Positions 1 through 10,409 of a stretch of DNA of 64,000 bases are shown piece by piece. Numbering within the stretch: the first letter of the stretch is position 1; each line of letters opens with the position of its first letter. The notes beneath the pieces are model-generated. The model made no database searches, had not been told where the DNA came from, and was given only the letters and a program-made list of their open reading frames with translations. A program made the translations under genes and the position numbers. This stretch comes from Tetramitus jugosus. Lineage: Eukaryota; Protista; Heterolobosea. The stretch is from positions 372,001-436,000 of the forward strand of contig OW569366.1 in NCBI GenBank assembly GCA_937625935.1. The letters are read 5' to 3'.

Positions 1-1344
1 CATTTCTGTCTTGTACATCAATGGATCTGATAGCCTTGATAGATACCGCAGTCCATAACTGTTTGCTTTGCTACTGAATGCATCATTCAGCAGTATCAGC
101 GTAATGAATACGAAGAGAATCGCTGAGATGAGCGTCGATAGAATCCAGGACGTGTTTGAAGACCACGAGTAGCTAAAGATCACAGAGATCACTGCTATGG
201 GAACAAGTATCAATATCGGAGTACAAATGGCGATGGCTACAGCAGTCTTTGAGGACAAGTATCTCAACATCACAATCGTCTTCCTCAATGATTCGTTTGG
301 TTGGACATAGTGATCATAAATAGCTTGATAGTACCGTCTGGCGGCAATGAATCTAAGTACCTGTACAATGTATATGACACACATGCATATAAATGGCAAC
401 GGCCATGCAATAGAGTACAATAGCAAGTTATACTGACTCACATCCAACATGTTAGACAGAGCGTAGAGATTCTTCGATGTTTGCTTATAGTTTCTCGACA
501 ACATGGTCAGAGAAAATACTCTCTGAAACAATAGGGCTACTGATCCAAGCATCAATCCAACATATCTCGGTTTTATGCGTCTCTTTCTTCTCATTACAGT
601 TAGCATGAACGTATGTACTAAACAGAGCAATGAGGAGATGCTAACGACCACGATCGGAAACACCTTGATTTTTCTGTTGTACTTCCAGTAGGCCACCGTA
701 GCTTCAGTGACATTTGGAGCACTGTTCAAGCATCTCAGTGGCATTGACTCTTGCGAGAGATCAATCGATAGAATCGATACATTTGTTGGCATTTCCAGTG
801 TTTGTTCTTTGGCCCCTGCTCTAATTTCTTCGAATGAGTGACTCAACACGATCAATTTGACAATTGATACCTTGTGGTCCCATTCCTGATGATGCCTCAA
901 GTTACTCAATCGAAACATTCGATACTTGGAGAGAGGAGACCAAGTGTCCAATCTGCCACTTTTTGCCACACTCACATTCAGATTCAAATTCCGAACCAAC
1001 GGCAACAGCTCATCATCTCCCATGTCAGCAGCATTCAATGACGGAGTCACTTCAGCTTCGAACAATTCTTCTCTCATCTCAAGCTTATAGTGACTCCTAA
1101 ACACATGAAAGAGGCTACTTGTTGTCGATGAGTTCTGCGACGAGAGATGAACACTGATCCAACCGTCTGGAAAAGGCTTTTTTACAATAAATATGAAGGA
1201 GTTCGGATTAATATCGCTCCAGTGAAATTCCATTCGATTATTCATCAAATGAACACACTTTGGAGACACGTAGCTCATAACAATCAACAACAACAGGAAA
1301 ACATGCACCACAACAAATGAGGTCCTCCATGACAGATGTGGCAT
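1..1344 (-). CDS. Signal-peptide, multi-TM (7TM-type) receptor-like protein, partial; C-terminus runs off the window
   Basis: Manually translated stop-free frame from the ATG at 1344 (MPHLSWRTSFVVVHVFLLLLIVMS...) to position 1. An ectodomain is followed by several hydrophobic helices (FPIVVVSISSLLCLVHTFML; LLYSIAWPLPFICMCVIYIVQV; AVAIAICTPILILVPIAVISVIF) and ends ...SDPLMYKTEM, like the DP(L/Y)xFR motif I associate with Naegleria 7TM-RGS proteins. It is missing from the ORF track because its stop lies outside the window. Confidence 0.7.
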   Translation of the reverse strand, partial: MPHLSWRTSFVVVHVFLLLLIVMSYVSPKCVHLMNNRMEFHWSDINPNSFIFIVKKPFPDGWISVHLSSQNSSTTSSLFHVFRSHYKLEMREELFEAEVTPSLNAADMGDDELLPLVRNLNLNVSVAKSGRLDTWSPLSKYRMFRLSNLRHHQEWDHKVSIVKLIVLSHSFEEIRAGAKEQTLEMPTNVSILSIDLSQESMPLRCLNSAPNVTEATVAYWKYNRKIKVFPIVVVSISSLLCLVHTFMLTVMRRKRRIKPRYVGLMLGSVALLFQRVFSLTMLSRNYKQTSKNLYALSNMLDVSQYNLLLYSIAWPLPFICMCVIYIVQVLRFIAARRYYQAIYDHYVQPNESLRKTIVMLRYLSSKTAVAIAICTPILILVPIAVISVIFSYSWSSNTSWILSTLISAILFVFITLILLNDAFSSKANSYGLRYLSRLSDPLMYKTEM

Positions 1345-1484
1345 GTTTTCTGTTGCAATTTTTGTTCGGGATTTTACGGGAGAACGAAGACGGACAAATA
1401 AAAAATGGCGATATTATTTCAGTTATTGCCTCGAATCGTTGTGAATGAAAGTTTACGATTTTTTACTGTCCTCGATGAATTGAC

Positions 1485-4400
1485 TTAGTGTTCATAAGCG
1501 TAGGAGAAGAGTCCCTTGTCCTTCTTTTGCTTCATTTGGATGAACTCTGGCTGCATGAGGAACGCAGACTTGTTCATACCAAACACCTTTTCAAACTCAG
1601 CATCAGACAAGTATTGCTCTCTCTTGTCACCCTTGACATCAGATGGAAGCTCGCTTGATTTCTTGTCCTTGAGTTCTGCGTACGTGTAGGTCTTCAGATT
1701 TTGTTGTTCAATCTGTGGGCCAGAAGCAGTCTTGGACTTTCCGGCAGTGTCAGTCAATGAGTCGAGCTTGGCTCTGAGCACAGGTGACACCATCTTTGAT
1801 TTCATTGCTTCGAACTTCTTGTCATCTTCATCTGCTTGAGATGGTTTCTTGCCCCATTTCTTGTCTCCTTCAGATGACTTTTGCCATGTTGGGATATACA
1901 TTGAGTCGAACTTTGGACCTTGAGTGGCGTAGGATGGCTTTGGTTGATCACCTCTTCTTTCAGCGGCCTTCAAGTAACTGCCAAAGTTCAATTCCCATGG
2001 ATTGACTCTGTTGTGAGCAAGACCCCATCTGGTCTGTTCAGTGAATCTGTGACCAACAAATTGAGCGTATGGAACTTCGAATTTCCATCCTCTTAGATTG
2101 TTGATGGCAATGACAGCTTCTCTCTTCTTTTCTCTGACTTCACTGGCAGATGCATTTGGATTTCTTCTTAACCAGTCAAGTAAATCTTCAGCGTAATCCT
2201 TTGCAGTTTGTCTGTCCTTTTCAGACATGGCTCTTCGCACATCCTTGTTATGTTCCAGAACCTTGAGAACCTTTTCGGCGTAATCCTTCAAGTCCTTGTG
2301 TGCATCTTGGTTATCCAGCATTTCGTCAATAAATCTCTTGAGTTCGTCACGCTTTCTGGCAACTGCTTCCTTGGTAGCATTTGGATTATCTTTCAACCAT
2401 TGTGCAATCTCGTCCAACTTCTTGTTAACAAGATTTTTCTGAGCGTCTGACAATGAAGCAAATCTATCATCATTCTTCAACATTTGTCTGTAGTCTGTCA
2501 ATTCTTTTTCAAGTTCCTTCATTAATCTACCACCAGAGAGAATTGGCAATGCAACCTTCTCGAGTTCCTTCTTCTTTGCCTCGATTTGTGCCTTGGATGC
2601 CTTCTTATTCTTTTCTAGCCAATCGACAGTATCTTTGCAAGCATTAATAATCTTTTCCTTGTCTTGCTTGGAGAGATTATCTCCCATCTCCTCAGTTTCT
2701 TGACTCAAGCTGTTTGCTAGACTCTTCAAGTCTCCGTGACTTTCAGCTCGCTCAACCAATGGTTGAATGACAGCTTCACCTTCCTGCTTCACTCTCTTGA
2801 TTTCAGCTACGGATGCGTTTGGATTTGCCTTCACCCAGTTTTCAAGCTCAGTACACTTATTATTGATGATTCTCTTCTCTTCATTGTCGAGAATAGACAT
2901 TCTATCATCCTTCAGCAGCTTGTTCTTTGTTTCTTGAGCGTAGTCAATAAGTTCCTTCTTTTGGTATCCTCTGGTGATTGTAGGGCTAATCTTTTCTTCG
3001 AGTTCCTTTCTCTTTCCAACAGTCTCCAGAAGTGGAGCATGCTTATTCTTTGATACCCAATCCAACGTCTTGTTGGCTGCGTCTCTAACTTCTCGCTTTT
3101 CAGCTTCAGAGAGATGATTGCCCAGAGTATCAATATCTTGCAGTGCCTCCTTAGCATAGTCTTCAAGCTTGTTCAGCTCATCAACTCTGTTAATGATAGG
3201 ATCTAATGCCTTGCGAATTTCCGCTTCCTTGTTGTGAAGTTCAGCCAAAGTAGCATCAGGGTTGTTCTTCTTCCATTTTGCAGCTTCTTCGAGCACTGTT
3301 CTGATTCGGTCGGCTTCTTCTCTCTTAAGCTTGGAATTGAAACGAGGGTCATTGTCGAGCTTATTCTTCACATCGTTCATGTAGTCTTCCATTTGTTTCT
3401 TCTTCTCAGCTCTATCCAAGATTGGTTTCAACTCCTTTTCGAGTTCACGCTTCTTCTGAAGAATTTCTGATTTCGAGGCAGTCTTTTCGTTTGCCTTCAA
3501 CCAGTCCATAACTTGCTTGGCTGTATCGACAACCTTTCTGGCTTCTTCCTGTGACAATTCATTCTTGAGTCTGGTGGCATCATCGATACACTTGGTGGAG
3601 TAATCCTTGAGGTCATTGGCGGCCTCTGCTCTTGATACAGCAGGGTTGACAGCTCTGTCATGAGCAGCTCTCTGCTTCTTGATATCCGAAACGGAGGAAT
3701 TTGGATTATTAGCAACCCAATTTTCAGTGTCAGCGCAATGTTTGGTCACATCGGATTGTTCCTTGTCAGTGAGAGCTGAGAGTTTGGAGTCTTGATCGAC
3801 TCGTCTCTTCAAATTGGCTGCATCATCTTCAAGCGCATTCAATTCGTCGATACGATCCATCATTGGTTTCAAAACACGATCCAACTGAGCTTTGTTGTGG
3901 TCAATTTGGGCCTTGTTTGCACTGTGCTTGTTCTTATCCAACCAAGCAAGGGACTCTTTGGCGGCATCACGAATCTTCTTCGTCTCAGCCTCACCCAGTC
4001 TTGATGTCAAACGACCATCTTCCTCTAATCTCTTCAGTGCATTCTCAGCAGTTTGCTTGAGAACTTGGCTGCTCTCAGCCTTATTCAACAGTGGTTCAAC
4101 AATATTCTTATAACTGGCATCCTTTTGGTTCAATTCCTTTGCTGAGGCGTTTGGATTCTTGGCCAAATAGTTGAGCATATCATCAGCGGCAGCAGTCAAG
4201 CGCTTCTTTTCGTCCTCTGTGAGTGCGAAGAGTGATGGATCATTTTGAACTCTATTCTTGATGTCCTTTGCATGATTTTCGAGCGATATTCTGTGGTCAG
4301 TCTTCTTAACTGTTGGCTCCACAATATTTTGCAGCTCTGCTCTCTTCTCATCGATCTCGCTGCTGCTCAAATTTGGATTGGCCTTTAGGTAGTTCAAAAC

Positions 4401-7400
4401 ATTTTCAGCACTTGCTGCAACTTGATCTCTCTCCTTTTGGCTTGAATGCTTGTTGAACATGTCATCAGAGTTCACTCTGTTCAAAAGATTTTGAGCTTCA
4501 GTGGTTAGGTTGTGTCTATTCTCAGCCTTCTTAACCAAAGGTTCAATAACATTCTCAGCATCCTTTCTCTTGGCCAATATTTCACCAGAGGTAGCATTTG
4601 GATTTTCATGCAACCACTTATTGACAGCTGCCAGTTTGTTGACAATCTGTTGCTTCTCTGCATCAGACAAGTTGGTCAACTTTTCATCTTCGTTCAATCT
4701 TCTGTTCATTTCATCGCAGTAGTCCTCCAAAGAATTCTTCTCTTCGACTCTCTTGATGATAGGTGTTGTCAAGGATTCGAAATGCTTCTTCTTCTTTTCA
4801 ATTTCATCAATAGATGCATTTGGATTCTTGTTCAGCCAATCTAAGCAATCGTCGCAAGCCTTTGCTAACTGTGATCTCTCAGCAGCTGACAGACCAGATT
4901 TCAATCTATAATCATCAGACAATCTGGATTGCAAATCAGCAACACTTTGTGCAAGAGCATGATGGTTCTCTGCTTTTGTTACAAGTGGGTCAATATTATC
5001 TTCGGCTTTGTGTTGTTCTTGAGTCATTTGTCCGATGGTGGCATTTGGATTCTTCGCCAAGAAACCTAGAGCATCATCCGCCTTCTTGTGAATGGCATCA
5101 CGCTCTTGCTTGCTGAGAGAAGACAATCGTTCATCAAATCTGACGTCATCTTGTGCATTCTCAGCGTAGACAGCCACATCACTTCTCTTCTCAGCTCTCT
5201 CAACAAGAGGATTGATAATCTTAGCCATTTGTTTTCTCTGCTTGTCCATATCTCCCTTGGAAGCAGCAGGATTCGACTTGGACCAATTGAGCAAATCATC
5301 GCATTGCTTCTTGATCAAGTTTCTTTCTTGGTCAGAAAGAGAGACGAGTCTCTTGTCCTCATCTACTCTTCTCTTCAAGGCAGAAATAGATTCATCAAAG
5401 TCATACTTGGACTCAGCACGGGTCATCAAAGGATCAACAATGTTGTTCAAATCTTGGTGCTTCTTCAAGATATCGGATAGAGAGCTCTTTGGATTCTGTT
5501 CAATCCACTTGAGCGTGTCATCGCATTGTGAAATAATTTGGTTGCGTTCTTGGTCGCTCAAAGAAGCGTACTTTGGATCATTCAACACTCTCTTCTTGAT
5601 GTCGTTCGCATGATCAACGAGGGCATTCTTAGCATCGACACGGTCAATGATTGGTTTCACTTCCTCCAACTTGCGGAGTGCTTGTTGAATTTCTTCAGTT
5701 GTAGCGTCAGGATTCTGCTTCAAGAACTCGATTGCGTTCTCTGCAGCATCACGAATCTTGTTCTTTTCATCATGTGACAAATTGTTAAAGAGTTTGTGAT
5801 CATTGTTCACTCTGTGAAGGTATTCATTGGCTTTGGTTAGCAACTCATCTGCCTTACCAACCTTGTTGAACAATGGTTCAATCACGTCTTGAGCTTCACG
5901 CAAAACGGCAATGGCCTTTGCTGTGTCAACGAGTTCATCTGCCAATCCATCTCTGCTCTTGGCTGCCAATTTTTCTGCAATGGCTCTCTTTTCGGCAATC
6001 TCCTTTTCGAGTTGCTTCTTTTCACTTTCTGACAAATGGACCATCTTTGGATCATTATTATATCTGTTAGTCACGTCGTCAATGTATTCGATCAAATTGT
6101 TGATTGCGTCACCCTTGTTTACAATTGGTACAACTGCAGATTCAAACACATCCTTTGCACGCAGTAATTCCTTTTCTGTCATATCCTTGTTTTGAAGCTT
6201 CTTAACCAGGTCATCACAAGCATCAATGATATTCCTCTTGTCCTTCTCACTTAATGAATGAGCAAACTCACCATTGTTCAAGCGCTTCTTCAGATCTCTG
6301 ACGTGATCTTCCAAATCACCACGCAAGTCAACTCGTGAGAGAATATCGGAAGTGTTGGCGATCAGTTCATTCTGCTTCTTGGCCATTTCAGAGATCTTGG
6401 CATCTGGGTTCTTGTTCATCCAATTGATAACATCATCACATTGTTGTAAGATGTGAGTTTTATCAGCATCGGAAAGACCGGCCAATCTTCTATCGTTGTA
6501 AACTCTATTTCTCATATTTGAAACAAAGTCTTCGAGTTCAGTCTTCTTCTCAGCACGGGTAATAATTGGATCAATAACATGGCTCATCTTCTCCTTTTCA
6601 GCGAGAATTTCAGCGGCAGAAGCATTTGGATTCTTCTCCAAGAATGACAAGGCATTGTCACAGGCGATTTCAATTTTTCTCTTCTCGTCTTGTGACAAGT
6701 TATTGGCGAGTCTGGCATCTTCGTTGAGTCTTCTGCGCAAATTCATAACTTCATCTCTCAAGTTGGATGCATATTCTGCTTTGTTAACAAGAGGATCCAC
6801 AACACGCTCAGCTCTTCTCTTCTGTTCAGAGATTTCGGCAAAGTTTGCATTTGGGTTACGTTTCAAGAAATCAAGAGCATCTTGGCAAGCGTCTCTAATT
6901 TGTTTCTGCTCTTCCTTGCTGAGAGATGCAAGTCTCGGATCATCTTCGACTCTTCTCTTCATTGAGCGGCAGTATTCTTCAAGTTCGACAATCTTGTCTG
7001 CTCTCTTGACAATATCATCAATATCCTTCTTCATGTCCTTCTCAATCTGATCTACATCAGCATCAGGATCTGCCAATGAATCTTGCACACGCTTATGTAC
7101 ACGCTCCAATTTCTGTCTATCAGATTCGAGAAGAGCAGCCAAGTAGGCACCACCTCTCATACGATCTCTAATGCCATTGATGGCATCACGAAGTTCGTTT
7201 CTTCTCTCAACCTTTCTGAGTGCTGGATCACCAACGGCCTTCAATTGATCTCTCTTTCCCTTAATCTCGTCTAACCAAGATGTAGGATTCTTTACTGACC
7301 AATCAATTGTTTCGTTGGCCTTGTCGACAACATTTTGCTTCTCACGATTTTTGATAGAATTTGCCAATAGAGGATCTTGAAGCATGTGTCTCTTAAAATC

Positions 7401-10400
7401 TCTTGACAACTCTTCTAGATCATCCAAGGCATTGAGACGATCCACAATTGGTTTGACATTTTCGTCGTACTTCATTTGTAGCTTGGCAAGATCATCGAGA
7501 GTGGCATTAGGGTTGTTTCTGAGGAAATCAAGAATTTCGTCACAAGTGTCTTCGATTAACTTTCTTTCCTTGTCACTTAAGTTGGCAAATCTGTCATCGT
7601 TCTTCAAGGCTCTCTTCAAAGCAGAAGCCGTATCTTCCAAAGTCTTGCGGGTTTCAGCTGTATGAACAATAGGATCGATGATATTGTGCACCTTATTGAG
7701 TTGTTCCTTCAATTCATCCAAAGAGGCGTTTGGATTCTTGGCCAACCAATCAGCAGAATCATCCAACGCCTTTTGAATGAGCTTACGATCAGCATCGGAC
7801 ATTGAGAGCAATGCAGGATCCTCTTGCAATCTCTTTCTCATTCCACTAATCAGATCAGTCAACTCCTTCTTCTTGGCCAAACGACCTAGAATTGGTGCGA
7901 CAGCATCTTCGAGTTCACGTCGCTTTTGATCAATTTCAGCAGCAGATGCATTAGGATTCTTATTCAACCAATCAACGTTTTGATCACAGCCGAAAAGAAT
8001 GGTGTTTCTTTCATCATCTGTCAATTGACGCAAGAGCTTATCATCATCGTTCACGAAATCTCTCAACATTTGATCTCTATTATTGAAGCGTTGGAGAGCT
8101 TCAGCAGCATCGCTGGATGGTTTGGATACAACGTCATCTTCCCAGATGAAGTCTTCATCATCAACACCTCGGCGAGTCTTGTGCTTGTAAGCCTCCTCCA
8201 TCTTTTGTTTCATGGCTTCTTGTTCAGCGAGCAACTTCTTCTTCTCTTCTTGCTCTCTCTTAATACGCTCAGCTTCTCTCTGCATTTCTTCTTCTGCCTC
8301 TTGTCTGAGTCTTTCTTGCTCACGCAACTGTCTCTCTTCTTCCTCCTTGCGTTTTGCTTCTTCTTCTGCCTTCTTCTTCTCTTCTTCAATTCTTCTTTGT
8401 TCTTCTTCCTCTCTTCTTCTTTCTTCTTCTCTTTGTTTTCTTTCTTCTTCGAGTCTCTTGGCACGAGCTTCTCTTTCCTTTCTGTCTGCCTCTTCTCTTG
8501 CCTCGTCTTCTTCCTTTTGACGTTGGGCATTGATTGCTCTGTTGTGATTGACAGCTGCAGGGTCTTCTGCCTGGAGTCTGGCCAATCTTCTAGCAATGTT
8601 CAGTGGTCCAGCAGCGATCAGAACCTTACCCTTTGGAAGATCATCTTCCTCGCCATGTTCGCCCAAACCGAAACGGTGATCTCTTGGCTTATCATTAACC
8701 TGAACGTTAGGTTCATATTCACCTCTTATCTGTTTGGTTGGCGGAACTTCAGCTTCAGCCTTCTCGAGAGCATCTTGATACTCTTCATCGGAAATAGTTC
8801 TTTCTGCTTCGCTCTTTGGTGGATTCTTACCGCCACTCATTGCATTCAATAGTGGTTTCAAAGCACCCAAGTTCTTCAAGATAGCCTTGTTCTTAGGATC
8901 AACAGATGACATATTCCACAAAGCACCGGCAGCATTAGACTGAATGGCCTGATTTGGATGTGAAAGACATGCGACCAAACCTCTGATACCATCTTTCTCT
9001 CTAATCTCAGTACAAACTTTCTTACTGGCTGAAATGTTCAAGAAACATGCAGTTGTCTTCTCCAAAATGTTCTCGCTATTATGACCCAAGAAATTCTTGA
9101 TCAACAATTCGACGACACCACTCTCAACCGTGTCATCTGCAGTGTCTTTGTCATAACCAAGAACGGCAACAGAGATCACAGCAAACAAGCTCAATTTGGC
9201 CTTCTTTGGATGCTTCAAGCATGGCTTCAAGCTATCAAATCCATTCATGCTTCTAAAGTCTTCTGAAACAGCAGGATTACTTCCGAGAGTCAACAAGGCA
9301 CCACAAACCTTTTCCATCACTTCAGTGTTGCCTTGATTGGCATCCAAAAAGTTCAGAATCTTTTCTACGATTCCCATCTTTTGGAATTCGTCCTTGTTCT
9401 GAGGTGTATGAGACAAGTTCCATACAGCAGCAATTGCAGCAGTTGCAACACCATTGTCAGGGTCTTCATCCTCGTTGAAATAGTCTACCAAATCGGCCAC
9501 TAGGTTCAATCCATCCACATCTTTCACCAACTCTCCTACCTTGCGACTAGCAGACATGACAGACAAGGCCATCAACAAATTAGAGAGTGTTTCTGGTTGA
9601 TGATCGTCCTCTTGCTTCAACAGATTCACGATTTGATCCACTGCACCAGCCATACTCAACGCTTCTCTCACTGGATCACCGCAGGATGACATGTTCCAAA
9701 CAGCACCTGCCGTTCTCACAATCACATCCTCATCACCACTCTCCAAGCATTCAATAATGCGATAGAATTGATCAATTTGCATCAATTGATCCACAATCCC
9801 TGCACTCAACACCAATGCGGCAAACGCACCCATCGTATTCTTTTGCACTTCAATATTTTGAACATGGAAACAATCATACATGATTCGAACACCATCGAAT
9901 CTCTTGTCCGATATTTGATCTCTCGCTTCATCACTATCACTGAGATTCATCACTGCACCGACCAGATTTTCAATGGTTCTCTCAATGTTCTCCTTTCGTG
10001 CTGGAGTGAGCTGAACAACAACCTTGTTCTCCTCTTCTTCACTTGCACCACCAATGCCCAACTGATTCAACAAAATATCCAAATGTCTCAACAGTTTTGG
10101 TACGGCTCCACTCTGCACAATTTGATCTCTACCTTCAGGCTCAATCGCCATATTCAACAATCCTCCTGCAGCAGTCTTTACAATCTCTTCCAACAATTGT
10201 CTCATTTGAGAAGAGAGATTGCTCTTTTCTTGTTCGTCAAATGTGTCCAAACAGTTGACAACGGGAGGGATACATCCCATCTTGTACAATTCAGTTCTTG
10301 CTTCAACATCGGCCGACATGCTAGAAATGCTGTTCAAGGCAGACAATCGCTTGTTCAAGTCACTGGATTGTGACAGGTTTTGGAACAGGTCAGAATTTGC

Positions 10401-10409
10401 ACTAGACAT
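1485..10409 (-). CDS. Giant 2974-aa protein: ARM repeats + charged single-alpha-helix + 27 Hsp70-lid-like repeats + villin headpiece
   Basis: Uninterrupted ORF with first ATG at 10409. ARM motifs (AAGGLLNMA, TAGAVWNMS, AAGALWNMS), an E/R/K-rich segment, 27 units of about 74 aa (LSxxEKxxIxxxxDxxLxWLxxNPNASxxEIxxKxxELxxxVxPI), and C-terminal REQYLSDAEFEKVFGMNKSAF...KKDKGLF. Confidence 0.9.
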   Translation of the reverse strand: MSSANSDLFQNLSQSSDLNKRLSALNSISSMSADVEARTELYKMGCIPPVVNCLDTFDEQEKSNLSSQMRQLLEEIVKTAAGGLLNMAIEPEGRDQIVQSGAVPKLLRHLDILLNQLGIGGASEEEENKVVVQLTPARKENIERTIENLVGAVMNLSDSDEARDQISDKRFDGVRIMYDCFHVQNIEVQKNTMGAFAALVLSAGIVDQLMQIDQFYRIIECLESGDEDVIVRTAGAVWNMSSCGDPVREALSMAGAVDQIVNLLKQEDDHQPETLSNLLMALSVMSASRKVGELVKDVDGLNLVADLVDYFNEDEDPDNGVATAAIAAVWNLSHTPQNKDEFQKMGIVEKILNFLDANQGNTEVMEKVCGALLTLGSNPAVSEDFRSMNGFDSLKPCLKHPKKAKLSLFAVISVAVLGYDKDTADDTVESGVVELLIKNFLGHNSENILEKTTACFLNISASKKVCTEIREKDGIRGLVACLSHPNQAIQSNAAGALWNMSSVDPKNKAILKNLGALKPLLNAMSGGKNPPKSEAERTISDEEYQDALEKAEAEVPPTKQIRGEYEPNVQVNDKPRDHRFGLGEHGEEDDLPKGKVLIAAGPLNIARRLARLQAEDPAAVNHNRAINAQRQKEEDEAREEADRKEREARAKRLEEERKQREEERRREEEEQRRIEEEKKKAEEEAKRKEEEERQLREQERLRQEAEEEMQREAERIKREQEEKKKLLAEQEAMKQKMEEAYKHKTRRGVDDEDFIWEDDVVSKPSSDAAEALQRFNNRDQMLRDFVNDDDKLLRQLTDDERNTILFGCDQNVDWLNKNPNASAAEIDQKRRELEDAVAPILGRLAKKKELTDLISGMRKRLQEDPALLSMSDADRKLIQKALDDSADWLAKNPNASLDELKEQLNKVHNIIDPIVHTAETRKTLEDTASALKRALKNDDRFANLSDKERKLIEDTCDEILDFLRNNPNATLDDLAKLQMKYDENVKPIVDRLNALDDLEELSRDFKRHMLQDPLLANSIKNREKQNVVDKANETIDWSVKNPTSWLDEIKGKRDQLKAVGDPALRKVERRNELRDAINGIRDRMRGGAYLAALLESDRQKLERVHKRVQDSLADPDADVDQIEKDMKKDIDDIVKRADKIVELEEYCRSMKRRVEDDPRLASLSKEEQKQIRDACQDALDFLKRNPNANFAEISEQKRRAERVVDPLVNKAEYASNLRDEVMNLRRRLNEDARLANNLSQDEKRKIEIACDNALSFLEKNPNASAAEILAEKEKMSHVIDPIITRAEKKTELEDFVSNMRNRVYNDRRLAGLSDADKTHILQQCDDVINWMNKNPDAKISEMAKKQNELIANTSDILSRVDLRGDLEDHVRDLKKRLNNGEFAHSLSEKDKRNIIDACDDLVKKLQNKDMTEKELLRAKDVFESAVVPIVNKGDAINNLIEYIDDVTNRYNNDPKMVHLSESEKKQLEKEIAEKRAIAEKLAAKSRDGLADELVDTAKAIAVLREAQDVIEPLFNKVGKADELLTKANEYLHRVNNDHKLFNNLSHDEKNKIRDAAENAIEFLKQNPDATTEEIQQALRKLEEVKPIIDRVDAKNALVDHANDIKKRVLNDPKYASLSDQERNQIISQCDDTLKWIEQNPKSSLSDILKKHQDLNNIVDPLMTRAESKYDFDESISALKRRVDEDKRLVSLSDQERNLIKKQCDDLLNWSKSNPAASKGDMDKQRKQMAKIINPLVERAEKRSDVAVYAENAQDDVRFDERLSSLSKQERDAIHKKADDALGFLAKNPNATIGQMTQEQHKAEDNIDPLVTKAENHHALAQSVADLQSRLSDDYRLKSGLSAAERSQLAKACDDCLDWLNKNPNASIDEIEKKKKHFESLTTPIIKRVEEKNSLEDYCDEMNRRLNEDEKLTNLSDAEKQQIVNKLAAVNKWLHENPNATSGEILAKRKDAENVIEPLVKKAENRHNLTTEAQNLLNRVNSDDMFNKHSSQKERDQVAASAENVLNYLKANPNLSSSEIDEKRAELQNIVEPTVKKTDHRISLENHAKDIKNRVQNDPSLFALTEDEKKRLTAAADDMLNYLAKNPNASAKELNQKDASYKNIVEPLLNKAESSQVLKQTAENALKRLEEDGRLTSRLGEAETKKIRDAAKESLAWLDKNKHSANKAQIDHNKAQLDRVLKPMMDRIDELNALEDDAANLKRRVDQDSKLSALTDKEQSDVTKHCADTENWVANNPNSSVSDIKKQRAAHDRAVNPAVSRAEAANDLKDYSTKCIDDATRLKNELSQEEARKVVDTAKQVMDWLKANEKTASKSEILQKKRELEKELKPILDRAEKKKQMEDYMNDVKNKLDNDPRFNSKLKREEADRIRTVLEEAAKWKKNNPDATLAELHNKEAEIRKALDPIINRVDELNKLEDYAKEALQDIDTLGNHLSEAEKREVRDAANKTLDWVSKNKHAPLLETVGKRKELEEKISPTITRGYQKKELIDYAQETKNKLLKDDRMSILDNEEKRIINNKCTELENWVKANPNASVAEIKRVKQEGEAVIQPLVERAESHGDLKSLANSLSQETEEMGDNLSKQDKEKIINACKDTVDWLEKNKKASKAQIEAKKKELEKVALPILSGGRLMKELEKELTDYRQMLKNDDRFASLSDAQKNLVNKKLDEIAQWLKDNPNATKEAVARKRDELKRFIDEMLDNQDAHKDLKDYAEKVLKVLEHNKDVRRAMSEKDRQTAKDYAEDLLDWLRRNPNASASEVREKKREAVIAINNLRGWKFEVPYAQFVGHRFTEQTRWGLAHNRVNPWELNFGSYLKAAERRGDQPKPSYATQGPKFDSMYIPTWQKSSEGDKKWGKKPSQADEDDKKFEAMKSKMVSPVLRAKLDSLTDTAGKSKTASGPQIEQQNLKTYTYAELKDKKSSELPSDVKGDKREQYLSDAEFEKVFGMNKSAFLMQPEFIQMKQKKDKGLFSYAYEH
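2090..8090 (-). repeat. Coding tandem array of 27 units of about 222 bp (Hsp70 C-terminal lid-like helical bundle)
   Basis: Counted 27 recurrences of the (W/F/Y)LxxNPxA...PI core in the translation; three units are degenerate. Boundaries are approximate. Confidence 0.85.

Noticed and set aside
7926-8852. 308-aa plus-strand ORF and many other antisense ORFs over the giant gene
   Set aside because: Shadow frames of a codon-biased, E/K/R-rich coding strand; F/L/S-rich with no motifs.
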